DNA from: Lama glama
Lineage: Eukaryota
Direction: 5' to 3'
DNA length: 64,000 nt
Assembly (NCBI GenBank): GCA_028534125.1
Contig: CM052841.1
Location: 65,348,001 to 65,412,000 of the forward strand
The notes below the pieces were generated by a model that ran no database searches, was not told the origin of the DNA, and was given only the letters and a program-made list of their open reading frames with translations. Positions 9,892 through 21,236 of this stretch are shown piece after piece. The first letter of the stretch is position 1. Every line of letters begins with the position of its first letter. Both the position numbers and the translations under genes were made by a program.

Positions 9892-12800
9892 GTAAGAAAA
9901 CGGGAGGTGAAAACTTGGGGGGAATGCTATGTTTCTGAACACTGGTATTAAAACTGGAGGGCACAGACATGAAGACATATACATGTTCACTCCGAGCTCC
10001 CCCCAGGGCCCAGGCTGAGCCGGTGGTCTTGCCTGAGCCTTTCAGCCAGCCCCGGTGGTTATGCTTTTGAGCAACAAAGAGTCCAGTGGAGAGAGTGAGG
10101 AGCGGGATACTGTGAGCCCTAAGAGAGATTTGCTAAAATACACAAAGCAAACTTTTCAAACTTTGATTGGGATCGTCCAGCCTGCCGGTGGGCAGGAACA
10201 AGTTCCTATCAGGCCTGTGGCTCTCTGGGAAAAGACCTTACAGAAGCAAGGGAAGACCCAAAGGGTTCTGCTTGAACACCCTTTTATAAGAGTGAAAACC
10301 TAGCAGGAAATTTCATCTGGAGCCCTGAGAACAGTCAGAATTTTCCTCCCTTTAATTTGAATTTCCAGACAGGAAGAGGAATTGAGCTTTCCCTCCCGCT
10401 GGGCTCGGTGTGATCTGGGCCCTGGGAATCAAGCAAAAGAAATGCTCACTTCAAAGTAGAAACAGCAGCCAGGCGGCTGGCTGGCCAGGAACAGGTTCAG
10501 AGGTCTAGTGGAGAGGGGAGGCCCCTGTACCTACCCAACTGTTCTCACTGGATTTGACTTTAAAAGCATTAAGCAATCAACTTGGGGCTGTGTGTGCAGT
10601 ACCAGCGATTCCCCAGTACCCAGCCTATACTGGGGTTGCTGCCCCTTTCCCTGCCTTTCCACCTCCGTGAATCTGTTCATTAGTAGTTATTATTCCCTTT
10701 TCATCCCATCTTAACCAGGGAGCTGAAATTGGGATTAAGATGAAAGGGGGGAGGACGGAGAGGAGAAGGAAGAAAGGGAAAAAAAGACGGGTGAAGGAAA
10801 GAGTTCTCTAATTTTGTTTCTCACCCCCAGCCATTGCCTTGACTTAAGCTCTTTGGTCAGGTCAGAGGCCCCAAGTTCTTTCTTAGGAAAAAGTCAGGAG
10901 ACAGGAAGGGAAGGAGCATCGGGACTTCAAGGGAGAGAGTCCTGTGTCCCCAACCAGCAGAAAACCAGGGACTGGCAGAGGCTGTTCAGTGTTCTTTCAG
11001 CCTTATAGTGAATTCCCAGCACACTGGTGATAAGATAAAACTTCCCTATAAAGGCAACTTCTTTATTGTCTTGGGGGCTCTGCACCTCCTGGCCCATATT
11101 TGCATTGCACAAGTCTTCACAAAAATTTAGGAAGGCTCATTTAACACTCGTCCTAAGCAAGAATTCGTTTGTGGACAACACCCTGACCTCAAACCGAAAT
11201 CCACTTGGGGCCCACTCCACATCTCACTTTCCTCCGCTTCCCCACACCACAGCGGAGCCTGAATCAGTCTCACTGGGCCAGTCGTGCCTAGAAAGCGGCA
11301 GGTCCGGCTGGAGCAGCCAGAAGGGAGGTCCAGAGGCATGTGGCCCAGCGACCCTTGCTCCTCCCCCTGGGGCTATTTGGAGAGGCACGGAAAACTTGCC
11401 CGGGAGAAAGACAGGTGTGTGTGTGAAGGGTTGGGGGAGGGGAACAAGGGAGGCAATGTAAATATATATTTACAACATCACGTTTTATTATGTGCAATTC
11501 TCAACAATACCCCGGTTCTATGGCTGGAGTAAGCGGCGAGACTCCCCAGCCCTGCGTGCTAACGTCTGGTGCCGGCGGCGGTGAAAGAGCGGGGCTCTTG
11601 TCTCCTTTTATTTTTTTTGCCGGTAGGCAGGATTTTGAGGAGAGCTTTCGTTTGCAGTAACTGGAATATCAGTTTTCTTCTCTTGTCCCTGACGATATCT
11701 GATCGGGGAGGTGAGGCAGGCCGGCTGGCCACATAGCACTTAAATAGGTTTGGGGCCGAGGAGGGTGGAAGGTCTCCCTCACCCCGAGGCACCGCCGCTG
11801 CCTTTGCACCAACAAAGCCCAGGGTGAAGAGGAAGTGGGACTACCTGCAGCATTTCTCAAAGGTGGAAGCGACTTTTTCAGGGCCCGAGTTAGGAAACCT
11901 TGCCTAGAGACAGACACATTGGGGTGGGCATCTAAACCCCTATGTACCTAACAAGCTAAGAGTCATTTCCCCCAAGGAGCTCATGGAAGAAAGGTCAGTC
12001 CCATCCCGGGTTTCTGGAATCAAAGACTCCGCAGCATAACATTTAAGGAAGTGGAAACCGGGCTTTGAATTAAGGCGGTGTGCCACGCAGCCTCGCCTGC
12101 TAGAGCCGCTATCTTTGGAGAAATGAAACGGGTGCTCTGCAAGGTCGGTGGGCCTGGAACTCTGAGGCACTGAGATCTGGGTTAAGCCTGAGCAGCACCG
12201 AGCGTGTAACCGAAGGCTCCAGTTTGCGCAGGAGACAGAGTAGAGAAAAGCCCCAGGAGGCAGCCCTTTCCTCCCAACACCACAAACTCAACCCTGACCC
12301 ACTCCCCACTATTTCAGAAATAGTCCGGGGAATTCGGTCAGAAAGTAGGGTTTCCACAACACCAAGCCTGCAGTTTGAGTAATTGCTTCCTGGAACTTGT
12401 TTAAACTCTATCTGCCTATCTGCATAGACAGAACTCAAGCGCCCCCACCCACCCCCTGCCCTGTCCCAGCACATCCCTGTCTCCCTGCTCCAATGTGGCC
12501 CGAGCCCAGGAGGGCAGGGAGGACCTGGATGCGCTGGCTTGGAGGAGGTGGGAGGAAAGTGTTGGCCCCGGTTTCTCACCAGCGAGCACTCTCCCGGCTC
12601 ACCCAGCTCACCCAGCTCACCCGCCTCGGTGCACTCGGTGTCCGGCGCCATCCCAGCCTCGAACTGCTGCCTTTCCGGTTGAAAAGTCTTGCTCCCCAGT
12701 GGCTCAATTAACCGGATTATTGTTTCCTACAGAGAGAAATCAACTAACATTCAGCTGAACCCTGTCACTGCAAACGCCATGCTCAATGAAACTCACCATA

Positions 12801-13685
12801 AAGGAAAATAGAGAAAAAGAGGGGGGAAGCCCCAGCCCCCAGCTGCCAATTTTACAAGGTGGTCTCTGGTTATATCACTTCAGGGGGAGAAAGAGGGAGA
12901 GCATTGAGTTTGTTCGATCAAGTGTGCGTTTTTGGTGCAGTCAACCCCAAAGGAAAGTGTTGGGGGAAAAAGAAACCGCCTTGTCCGGTCCTCTCCCTGG
13001 GACTCAGGAGCGGAGACCTTGCTGGGGTGTCCCGAGCGAGGTTCGGAAATGCATGGCAGCCACAGTGGGCACCACATTGACGGAAACGCCGACCTCTGTG
13101 GTGTGCTCATTTGCCGGGAACACTCCTTGCTTATTTTTCCAAGCGTTTTGAGTTCCCAGATCTGGGCCCCCAGTGACTCACCTTCTGCACAGCATGCTGA
13201 TTGTAGTTTAAGAATTAGGGAACTATCACTATAGATTCACATCCACCTAGGGGCCAGGCAGGATGTGGATGCAATTATTTGTTCTTTGGGACCACGTTTC
13301 GCTCCAGCGTAAACAGGATTGTCTCTCCATGCGGGTTTCTCTCCCCAGACTCCGGCCCTCAGCTTCCTCCCTTCCTGGTCCAGATGTAGCCAGAGAATCA
13401 GGGCACAAATGTGCAGCACAGTCCCGAACCCCTGAGCACACACCCTCGCAGCCCACCTGGCTGGAGCCCCTGGGTCCCCTCTCTTCCCCTCCCCTGGCAG
13501 GTCTGCCCAGTCGATCCGCTAATCCCTCCAGGGAGCACCAGCACATCGGAGGAGCCGGGCTGAGAGAAAGCGGATTGAGTTCTCTCGGCTTTGGGTTACT
13601 TCTCCCCGGAGGTGTCTGTCCTCCTCGGTCTGGGGGCCCAGAGGTTCCGGCTCTGAGCGGCCTTGCCTTGTCCCCACGGGCTTGA

Positions 13686-14000
<315 letters not shown>

Positions 14001-15319
14001 TGAGACCCGGCTGCGCAGCAGGGGGCAGAAATGGCCCCCTCCCCTCTCCTCCCTGCCCCAGGACAGGACCCATCAGGGCATGGCCTGACTCACTAAGGGA
14101 GGGCTCCTGAGCTTTCCTCATTCTATAAAAAGGGGGAAAGTGGGGAAACAGGCCTCAGGGAGAGAAGGCCTTCCCCAAAGTCCACAGTGAGGGAGAGACA
14201 CAGGGCAAGATTCGGTCTCCAGTGCCCAGGACAGATGCACAGACACGTGGGCCAGTGGAGATCCAAGGCCTGCCTCACCCCAGCCAGGTCCTACCACCAG
14301 CCCAGACAGCCCAGGCAGCTGCTTGGGGGCATACGGGGTGGCTCTAAGCTCTCCCAGGATTCTTCTGGCCTCCCCACCCTTTCTAGTACCTGAAACCTGA
14401 GGAGGGAAGGGGCCCAGCCCTAGCTCCTTGGGGACTGTGTGACTGGTTGAATGGGAAATTGGTGCTGGGCACTAAGTCTTGAAACTGGTGTTTCCTAACC
14501 TCCCTCCCCAACACATTCACAGGATGAAGATAAACACATACAAAATACACACTCAGCCCACAGTCACACACTCACATCCATCTGCACAACTCACGAAGTA
14601 ATACAAACACACCCACAGTCACGCACACACTCTTAGTGGAGGAGGCCAGAATGGTGCTTTCCATAAACAAGCCTCAGAACACGTTGCCCCATTAATAATA
14701 AATACCGATTACTGCTCCAGGCATCAATAATTAAGGCCCGTTACAGTAATTACACAATTATGATGATGATGAATAATTCACAGAGGGAAACGGGGTTGGT
14801 GTGGCTGAGTCGGACTCAGTGGGACCGCCTCGCTGGTCAGGTGCACCCACGAGTCCAGCCACAGCAGCCCTGGCAACCAGCTTGGCCTCGGCTTTCCGGT
14901 CTTCCGCAAACCCCGGCCTACATTCCCTTTGTGGCTTCCTGGCTTCCGGACCAGACGGAACGCAGGGCTCCCCACAAGCCTCCGACCTGCGTGCGGAGTG
15001 CAGGGGGTGCGGGCACTTGGTGGAGAGGTGAGCACGGATCCTCCCCAGCATCGTCTCCAGCCGCAGTCTCCAGCCCGCGTGCTTCCAAAGAAGCGCCGCC
15101 AACTGGGGTACCGCGGCGGTGCTGGCCTCCGCCTCTGGCGGTGCGTCTGGACCAACCGCGCCCCCTTCCACGGAGAGCAGACCGGCGCCCGGGGCCCCGC
15201 CGTCCTCTCCAGGGCAGTCTTGCCTTCCGAGGGCCTCCCTAGGGGACAGATGCACAGGGGAACTCCAACACTCCACTCCAAGGGCCCTGACTGCGATCCC
15301 TTGAGCAGGGTATGGCAAG

Positions 15320-15500
15320 GTTAGATTCCCAGCTTAGGGATAAAACAGCCTGGCTTAGAATGTGCATATCCTCTTTCTAGGCCATCTTGAAAACTGGCCC
15401 GTGCCTCAATTTTCTTATCTGTAAAGTGGGGATAACAGCCATGGGTGGCTGGTGGAAGATTAAAGGAGTTGATGCCTGTAACATGCGAAAACGTTATTTA
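15320..15500 (+). mobile_element. MIR SINE relic in BARHL1 intron 2
   Basis: Contains the MIR core GTGCCTCAATTTTCTTATCTGTAAAGTGGGGATAACAG. Boundaries approximate. Confidence 0.65.
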
Positions 15501-15626
15501 TGAACGAATTCGTGTGATCCCTCTTGGACTCCCTGCAGGGGCTCCGGGACAAGCACTCCTGAGAGGCAGGGGTGTCAGGGTGCCACAGTTCTGACCCCGC
15601 CTTACACCTTTCTTTCCGGTCCCTAG

Positions 15627-15921
15627 GACTAAATGGAAGCGACAGACTGCCGTCGGGTTGGAGCTGCTGGCGGAGGCAGGCAATTACTCAGCGCTCCAGC
15701 GGATGTTCCCGTCGCCTTATTTCTACCCGCAGAGTCTCGTTTCCAACCTAGATCCCGGCGCCGCACTGTATCTGTACCGCGGGCCCAGCGCGCCGCCGCC
15801 CGCTCTGCAGAGACCTCTGGTGCCCCGTATCCTCATCCACGGACTCCAGGGCGCCAGCGAGCCGCCCCCGCCGCTGCCCCCGCTGGCCGGCGTCCTCCCG
15901 CGCGCCGCGCAGCCTCGGTGA
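15627..15921 (+). CDS. BARHL1: BARHL1 coding exon 3
   Basis: Acceptor CCCTAG|G. Translates TKWKRQTAVGLELLAEAGNYSALQRMFPSPYFYPQ..LPRAAQPR with TGA at 15919-15921. With ATG at about 9426 the CDS totals 984 nt (327 aa). Confidence 0.99.
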
Positions 15922-16598
15922 AGCGCCGGCTCGAGGCGCACCCGGCGCTCCGCGCTGGCCCCTTCCGCCTGCCTCCGGGAGGGCGCGGGGTTTCAACGCC
16001 CCTTCCCGGGGGCCCCTGTCCGGCCCTCCCTGGCGTACAGCCTAGTGTCCCCAGAAGGGCCAAATGCCAAGTCTTCTGAGGCCCGGACCCCCGGACTGAA
16101 TCTCCCTCACCCTCCTGGGCGCCCTCTGTCTCCCCGCCACTCCATCAGCGAGCCACTTCCACCGCCGGATGTGCATCCATCCCTCAGCTCCCTGCCCCAG
16201 GCACGGCCCCTCGCCCCTCCCGGGAGCAGGTGGGGCGACCCCCATGCTGCACCCTCCCCTCCCCCTCCACGCTCCAGCTGCACACCGAGTCCTCTCTGCG
16301 CACCCCCGACGTGTAGGAGAAGGGGAATGTGGAGCCTCCCCGCAGCCCCTCCCCCCGCGCCAGGGCCGGCGGCCGAGCTGTACATACCGTGTGCAAAGTG
16401 TATATGAAGTTATTTATTCGTGACCCATGAGCCCGTGACTGTGTCCGTGAATCAGTGAGTTTGTGGCCTGTGCCCACCCGCTCCCAGGCGGTGCAGGAAG
16501 GGTCCAGGGGACTTGCCCACCTACCCCGACCCCCAGCCCTCACCTCCAGCCTGCGTCCAGGGGCAGCCAGGCCCCTCGGGTTCTTTTTTAAATGTGGA

Positions 16599-16604
16599 AA
16601 TAAA
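16599..16604 (+). terminator. BARHL1: BARHL1 polyadenylation signal
   Basis: First AATAAA after the stop codon (about 680 nt downstream), preceded by a U-rich tract TTCTTTTTT. Confidence 0.8.
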
Positions 16605-17772
16605 CTTCTTACAAATGACCAGGCGCCTGTCCCCGCTCGGCCCTTCTTCCCTACTACTCCTCAAGATTCATTTTCCCCACCTGGGGCTCGGACTCTTTCC
16701 ACCCTCAGTAAGGAAATCCTTGTCTCGCGCTCTTCCTTGGTGCTGTGGTGGTGGGCGGGGGTCTCCCTCCCCGGCCTCAGTCTTCCTATCTTTATAGTGA
16801 GGCGAGCACGCTTCTCCCCCACCTCCCCCGCCTCTCCATCTGGTTCCTCGCTGCTCGCAGCCGGTCCCGGGGGCCAGGGTGGGGGTCAGCACGCGGGCTC
16901 GCTCGGCTGCGGGCCGGGCTCCGGTGCCCTCGCTGAGCCGGCTCATCTGGCCGCAACAAGGACGCCGGCAGCTGGTGACCGGCCCGTCGGGCGCGGGGGC
17001 CGACAGATGGGCTCCGAGGCGACTCCCCCCGCCGGCCCCTGCGCCCCGCGCCCCGGCCGCGCTCGGCTCCGGCCGCTCGCGGGCGCCGGCGCGGCTCCCA
17101 GCTCCCCGCGCCGGGTAAGACGCGAAGAACCTTCGCTGGGAACCTGACGCCTCGCAGGGTAACCCCGACTCCCGCATCTTCTCACTTCTCCTTTCACCCA
17201 CGGAGGACGCTGGGGGTGAGACCCAGAGGGGAGCCAAACCCCAGCGTCTGCCGCGGAGCCCCAGCCTGCGGCCCCAGGGTCTCAGGGGAGGGGTTTAAGT
17301 TTCCAGCCAGACTCCAGGCTCCCGTTCACGGAGAGCCAAGGTCACCTCCGGAGGCTGTCCCTCTCTGGGGAGGTGGGCTCAGGTGCTCCCCTCCCACACA
17401 CCACCTGCAGCTCGAACTCCCAGGACACGCCCAGGGCTGGGAAGTTTGGGGGCTCAGCAAGCTGAAGCCCCCCACCCCCGTTTTGAGGCAGGGTTGCTCT
17501 GGAAGAGGGCTGCCTGGTGAAGGAGAGGTGGGCTTATGTTTAAACTCTTAACTCCCCCCACCCTGGACCCTGCTACTGTTTCCTCCCCGGCCCCCAATAC
17601 TCTCACACCTCGTTTTTCTTTCTTGGGATGGTGAGGGTATTATTCTAATTTTGCAAAATGCACAGCAGCTGATTAAGTCTAGGAGCTCCCTCGGCTTTCA
17701 AGTTCTTTTGCATGTGAATGGGGGCCGGTAAATCCCCAACTCCGGCTGTGGTGGGGGTTGAGGGGGAGACTG

Positions 17773-18017
17773 NNNNNNNNNNNNNNNNNNNNNNNNNNNN
17801 NNNNNNNNNNNNNNNNNNNNNNNNNNNNNNNNNNNNNNNNNNNNNNNNNNNNNNNNNNNNNNNNNNNNNNNNNNNNNNNNNNNNNNNNNNNNNNNNNNNN
17901 NNNNNNNNNNNNNNNNNNNNNNNNNNNNNNNNNNNNNNNNNNNNNNNNNNNNNNNNNNNNNNNNNNNNNNNNNNNNNNNNNNNNNNNNNNNNNNNNNNNN
18001 NNNNNNNNNNNNNNNNN
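17773..18017. other. Assembly gap
   Basis: N-run. Confidence 0.99.
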
Positions 18018-19219
18018 AGGCTGGAGAACCACCCTTACATTTACACAGCGGCAGTGTAAATCACCGACACATTCTCAACTATGTAATTGTCCTTGTTCCT
18101 CGGAGGCGATTTCATATCTTACATTAATGAAGAACAAGGCCTCCCTACAAGTTTATAATTACAATATTTTAAATTGTCCTGCACTTGCCATCTGTAATAA
18201 TAACTTTACAACCTTGGCAGTGAGGATGCTTTTCATCCATTTAGAAGGCTAAATTGGTTTCTCTGTTCCCAACCCTGGGGCTGGGGGAACTCTCATTGGA
18301 GAAAGGAAAAACAAAAATGCATGTGTGAGACCCCCAGAGTGCAGAACAATAGGAGGGGCGCCCAGAAGGGTGTCCCCTCTGCTGCTCCAATGACCCACCC
18401 CCACCCTCCTTATAAGCCTAGACTCAACGGGGCAACAAAGTTGAAAAGAAGTCTAGATTCCCCGATGGGCCTCCCTGCAAGGCTTCTGGACATTTTTAAG
18501 AAGTCGAGCTGATTTTCCGGGTGCCTCACTGCCCCCACTTGGACAGGCTTTGCTCTAAATTTTTCCTCCGACGGAGCAGATTAAGAGATAAGGTGTAATG
18601 GTCATGCAGGCAATTTAACAAGACCCGTGAAGCGCCCTTTGCAAGCAGGGCAACTTCTCCAGTGGAAAAAAGCCTTAAATTTCTGCCTCCTGGAAGCGGT
18701 ATTTGGATTTTAATGGCTTCTGCTGACTTTCCGTTGAGGGGCTGAAGGGCTAAGTAGAGAGGGCATAGCAGTTTGGGAACACCTGCCTTAAGGGGTGCTC
18801 ATTTACTCCCCTCTCTTCCCTAAATCTTGCCTCCCTTCGCTACAGGGGAAAAAAAAAATCAAAGGAACCAGGCTTTGTCAAAATGTCCTTTGCTGAGATC
18901 TGGTTGGCTCTGCTCTTCTAAGAGTGGAAAATGCTGTTTGCATTGCATCAGCGCTGCCTTAATCACTCACCAAGGGCTCTTTGCCCTTCGGTGCGTGAGA
19001 ATGGGGGCCCCTCTGAAGATGTGCAGCCACTGAGGACTGCAGACATGAAGATGTCTGGGACTAAAAAAAAAAAGCATTTTACAAGCCCACGAGGGCAAAA
19101 CGCTTTTGGCTGCAACATTCCATGAAATGCCCCAGTTCTCTGTGACTTAAATGTGAGGATCAGGCTTGTGCCACAGAGAAAGAGGTAAGTTTGGGAAATC
19201 AGGAGAGGCTCGATTAGAA

Positions 19220-19355
19220 NNNNNNNNNNNNNNNNNNNNNNNNNNNNNNNNNNNNNNNNNNNNNNNNNNNNNNNNNNNNNNNNNNNNNNNNNNNNNNNNN
19301 NNNNNNNNNNNNNNNNNNNNNNNNNNNNNNNNNNNNNNNNNNNNNNNNNNNNNNN
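19220..19355. other. Assembly gap
   Basis: N-run. Confidence 0.99.
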
Positions 19356-19779
19356 ACCCTAAATCTGCTAAATCCATATTTCTTTATTAACTGGGGGTAA
19401 TATATTGATTCTGCTTAGAAACAGACCCACATAACATCTATGGCAAGAAACCCTCACCTCAGTGGTAGCAAATTAAGTGTAAGTTTCCATCGCAGAATTA
19501 TAGTCACTTACATGCCTTGCAAGCTTCTGGCACTTCTCCCCCGAGGAATGCCGAACTCTGTGGATTCACCCTTTAATGGAATGAGTACTATGAGGGGGAG
19601 GGGAGAGTAGGGTTTCTCTTTGATCACCCCCATCACTGGCGTTAATCCTGTTTCTCACAAGGCTGGGTTGTCTTTATAAAGTTTGATCCCTCCTTTTCTC
19701 ATCCAAATCGTGTGGACCATCACACATCAAAATATAAGGAGGCAGATTTGCCCAAAGTCAGTATGACATGTGCTACAGG

Positions 19780-20227
19780 TTTATTTATTATTATTGTTAC
19801 AGATTTCATCAACTGCCCCTATTAATTTCTGTGTGATAGCCGGCTCTGAGAGGTCACTTTTTCCCTCCTGCAGAGGACCAGTGCTTCCAGGCTCACGCTA
19901 AACCTCACGAGTCCTCAGCTGAAGTTCACTTACGTCTGATGGCTGGCTGCGGCTACCAGACAGGGATGGAGGGAAGGACTCCCCGACAACTCTCGAGATC
20001 CTCTCCCTCCCTTCAGTTCGTGTGGAGCTGGAGGGGCTACTGAAGCGGGGCCTCCACCCCTGTGCCAGTAACTTCAGAGGAGGAGGAGGCTGGATTTTTA
20101 AATGGATAACAGGAGGAAAAGTGGAGAGAAAAGAACAGACAGACGGATGGACGGAGAGGGTCAGGCTTTTACTCTCTTCTCCTTTGGACCCCTCTGGAGT
20201 TACCCGTGTCCAAATCTTACATTTATT
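19780..20227 (-). terminator. DDX31: Candidate DDX31 polyadenylation signals
   Basis: Minus-strand AATAAA (plus-strand TTTATT) at 20222-20227 and overlapping copies at 19780-19789; another at 19383-19388. The sequence cannot show which is used. Confidence 0.4.
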
Positions 20228-21022
20228 GGGAAATCAATATGCCCCGGGGGTCCTCTTTCAAACCTCGCAGAAAACAAAATGGGGGAGGGGCCGCTGCAGC
20301 CTGGCCACAGGCCGGACCCCAGACCTTTTTCAAAGACAAGATGGGATTCGAGCGGAGAAAACGCTCAGGACACTGATGCCTCTGGTCTTCGAAGGCAAAT
20401 AATAAAAAAGCAACAGTAAATCAACTGTCCTGAGAAAGTGTGTTCTCCCTGGACCAGAAGGAGAGCGCAAGGCGTGTGAACGTGACAGGGGGCTCCGAAC
20501 AGCCTGCGGGCGGAAAGCAGGGCACCCTGGCGTCGCTTCTGACCCGCACCGAACACTCCTGTGGTCCTTTTTAATAAAGCATTTGTGCATCAAGAAAATG
20601 ATCGGATAAAGAGTTTTTTCTCTTTCTTTACAGAGTCAATTCTAGTTTTAAAAACCCTATTTCCTGCCAACAGAGGTGTTGAGAGGGCAGGTTAAAGTAA
20701 ACTGGGATGCTTTACAGAACATCGTCACAGGCAGGGTCAAGTCCCTGGCTGGCTCGCAGGACCCTAGGTTTTCACGTTAAGTCGTGGGGGCACCATGCGA
20801 TCTCTGGGTGTCGCTGAGCGTCTTGCCTTGATGGAGTAAATACAAGACAGGCTGCTCAGCTAATCCGGCCTGTGCTGACCCCCAGCCCTGCTCTGGGCTG
20901 TGCTCAGTCTCAGGGACGAGTCAGCGGGGAAGGCCACACTGTTAGTTCCCACAAGGCCGCTCAGACGAGAACAGGACGCCAGCTCCGGGATCCACTCAGG
21001 CCCCGTCCTGTGGACGCAGAGT

Positions 21023-21236
21023 TTACAAATACTTCCTGGGAAGTCTCGCAGTCCCTCCGTGAGGCTTTTGGGCTTGCTTTTTTCCCACGGCCGAGGCTGG
21101 GCGCTGGCTGCCCGGCCCCGCGCACTCGCTTTGCTTTTTGACCTTGGCGACGCTGGTCTCCATCCCACTTGAGTATTCTGAGCGCAAGATTTCAGCGAGG
21201 CGGTGTCTGCTCTGGGTCCTCCTCTGAAGGTCGGGC
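21023..21236 (-). CDS. DDX31: DEAD-box helicase 31, last coding exon
   Basis: Polypyrimidine tract and TTCAG|G acceptor. Translates (R)PDLQRRTQSRHRLAEILRSEYSSGMETSVAKVKKQ..PRKYL with TAA at 21025-21023. LAEILRSEYSSGME matches recalled DDX31. Confidence 0.93.

Larger units (their letters stand above)
14800..17350. promoter_or_regulatory. 3' CpG-rich region over BARHL1 exon 3, the 3' UTR and the downstream flank
   Basis: Dense CpG at about 14800-15250, 15640-16400 and 16800-17300. Boundaries by eye. Confidence 0.65.

Noticed and set aside
8838-9938. 366-aa ORF as the full BARHL1 exon 1
   Set aside because: It is open only because it crosses the N-gap and reads through the donor at 9891; the upstream part does not resemble BARHL1.
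12597-12622. 9-bp unit GCTCACCCA repeated about three times
   Set aside because: Short slippage repeat with no spacers and no evidence of function.
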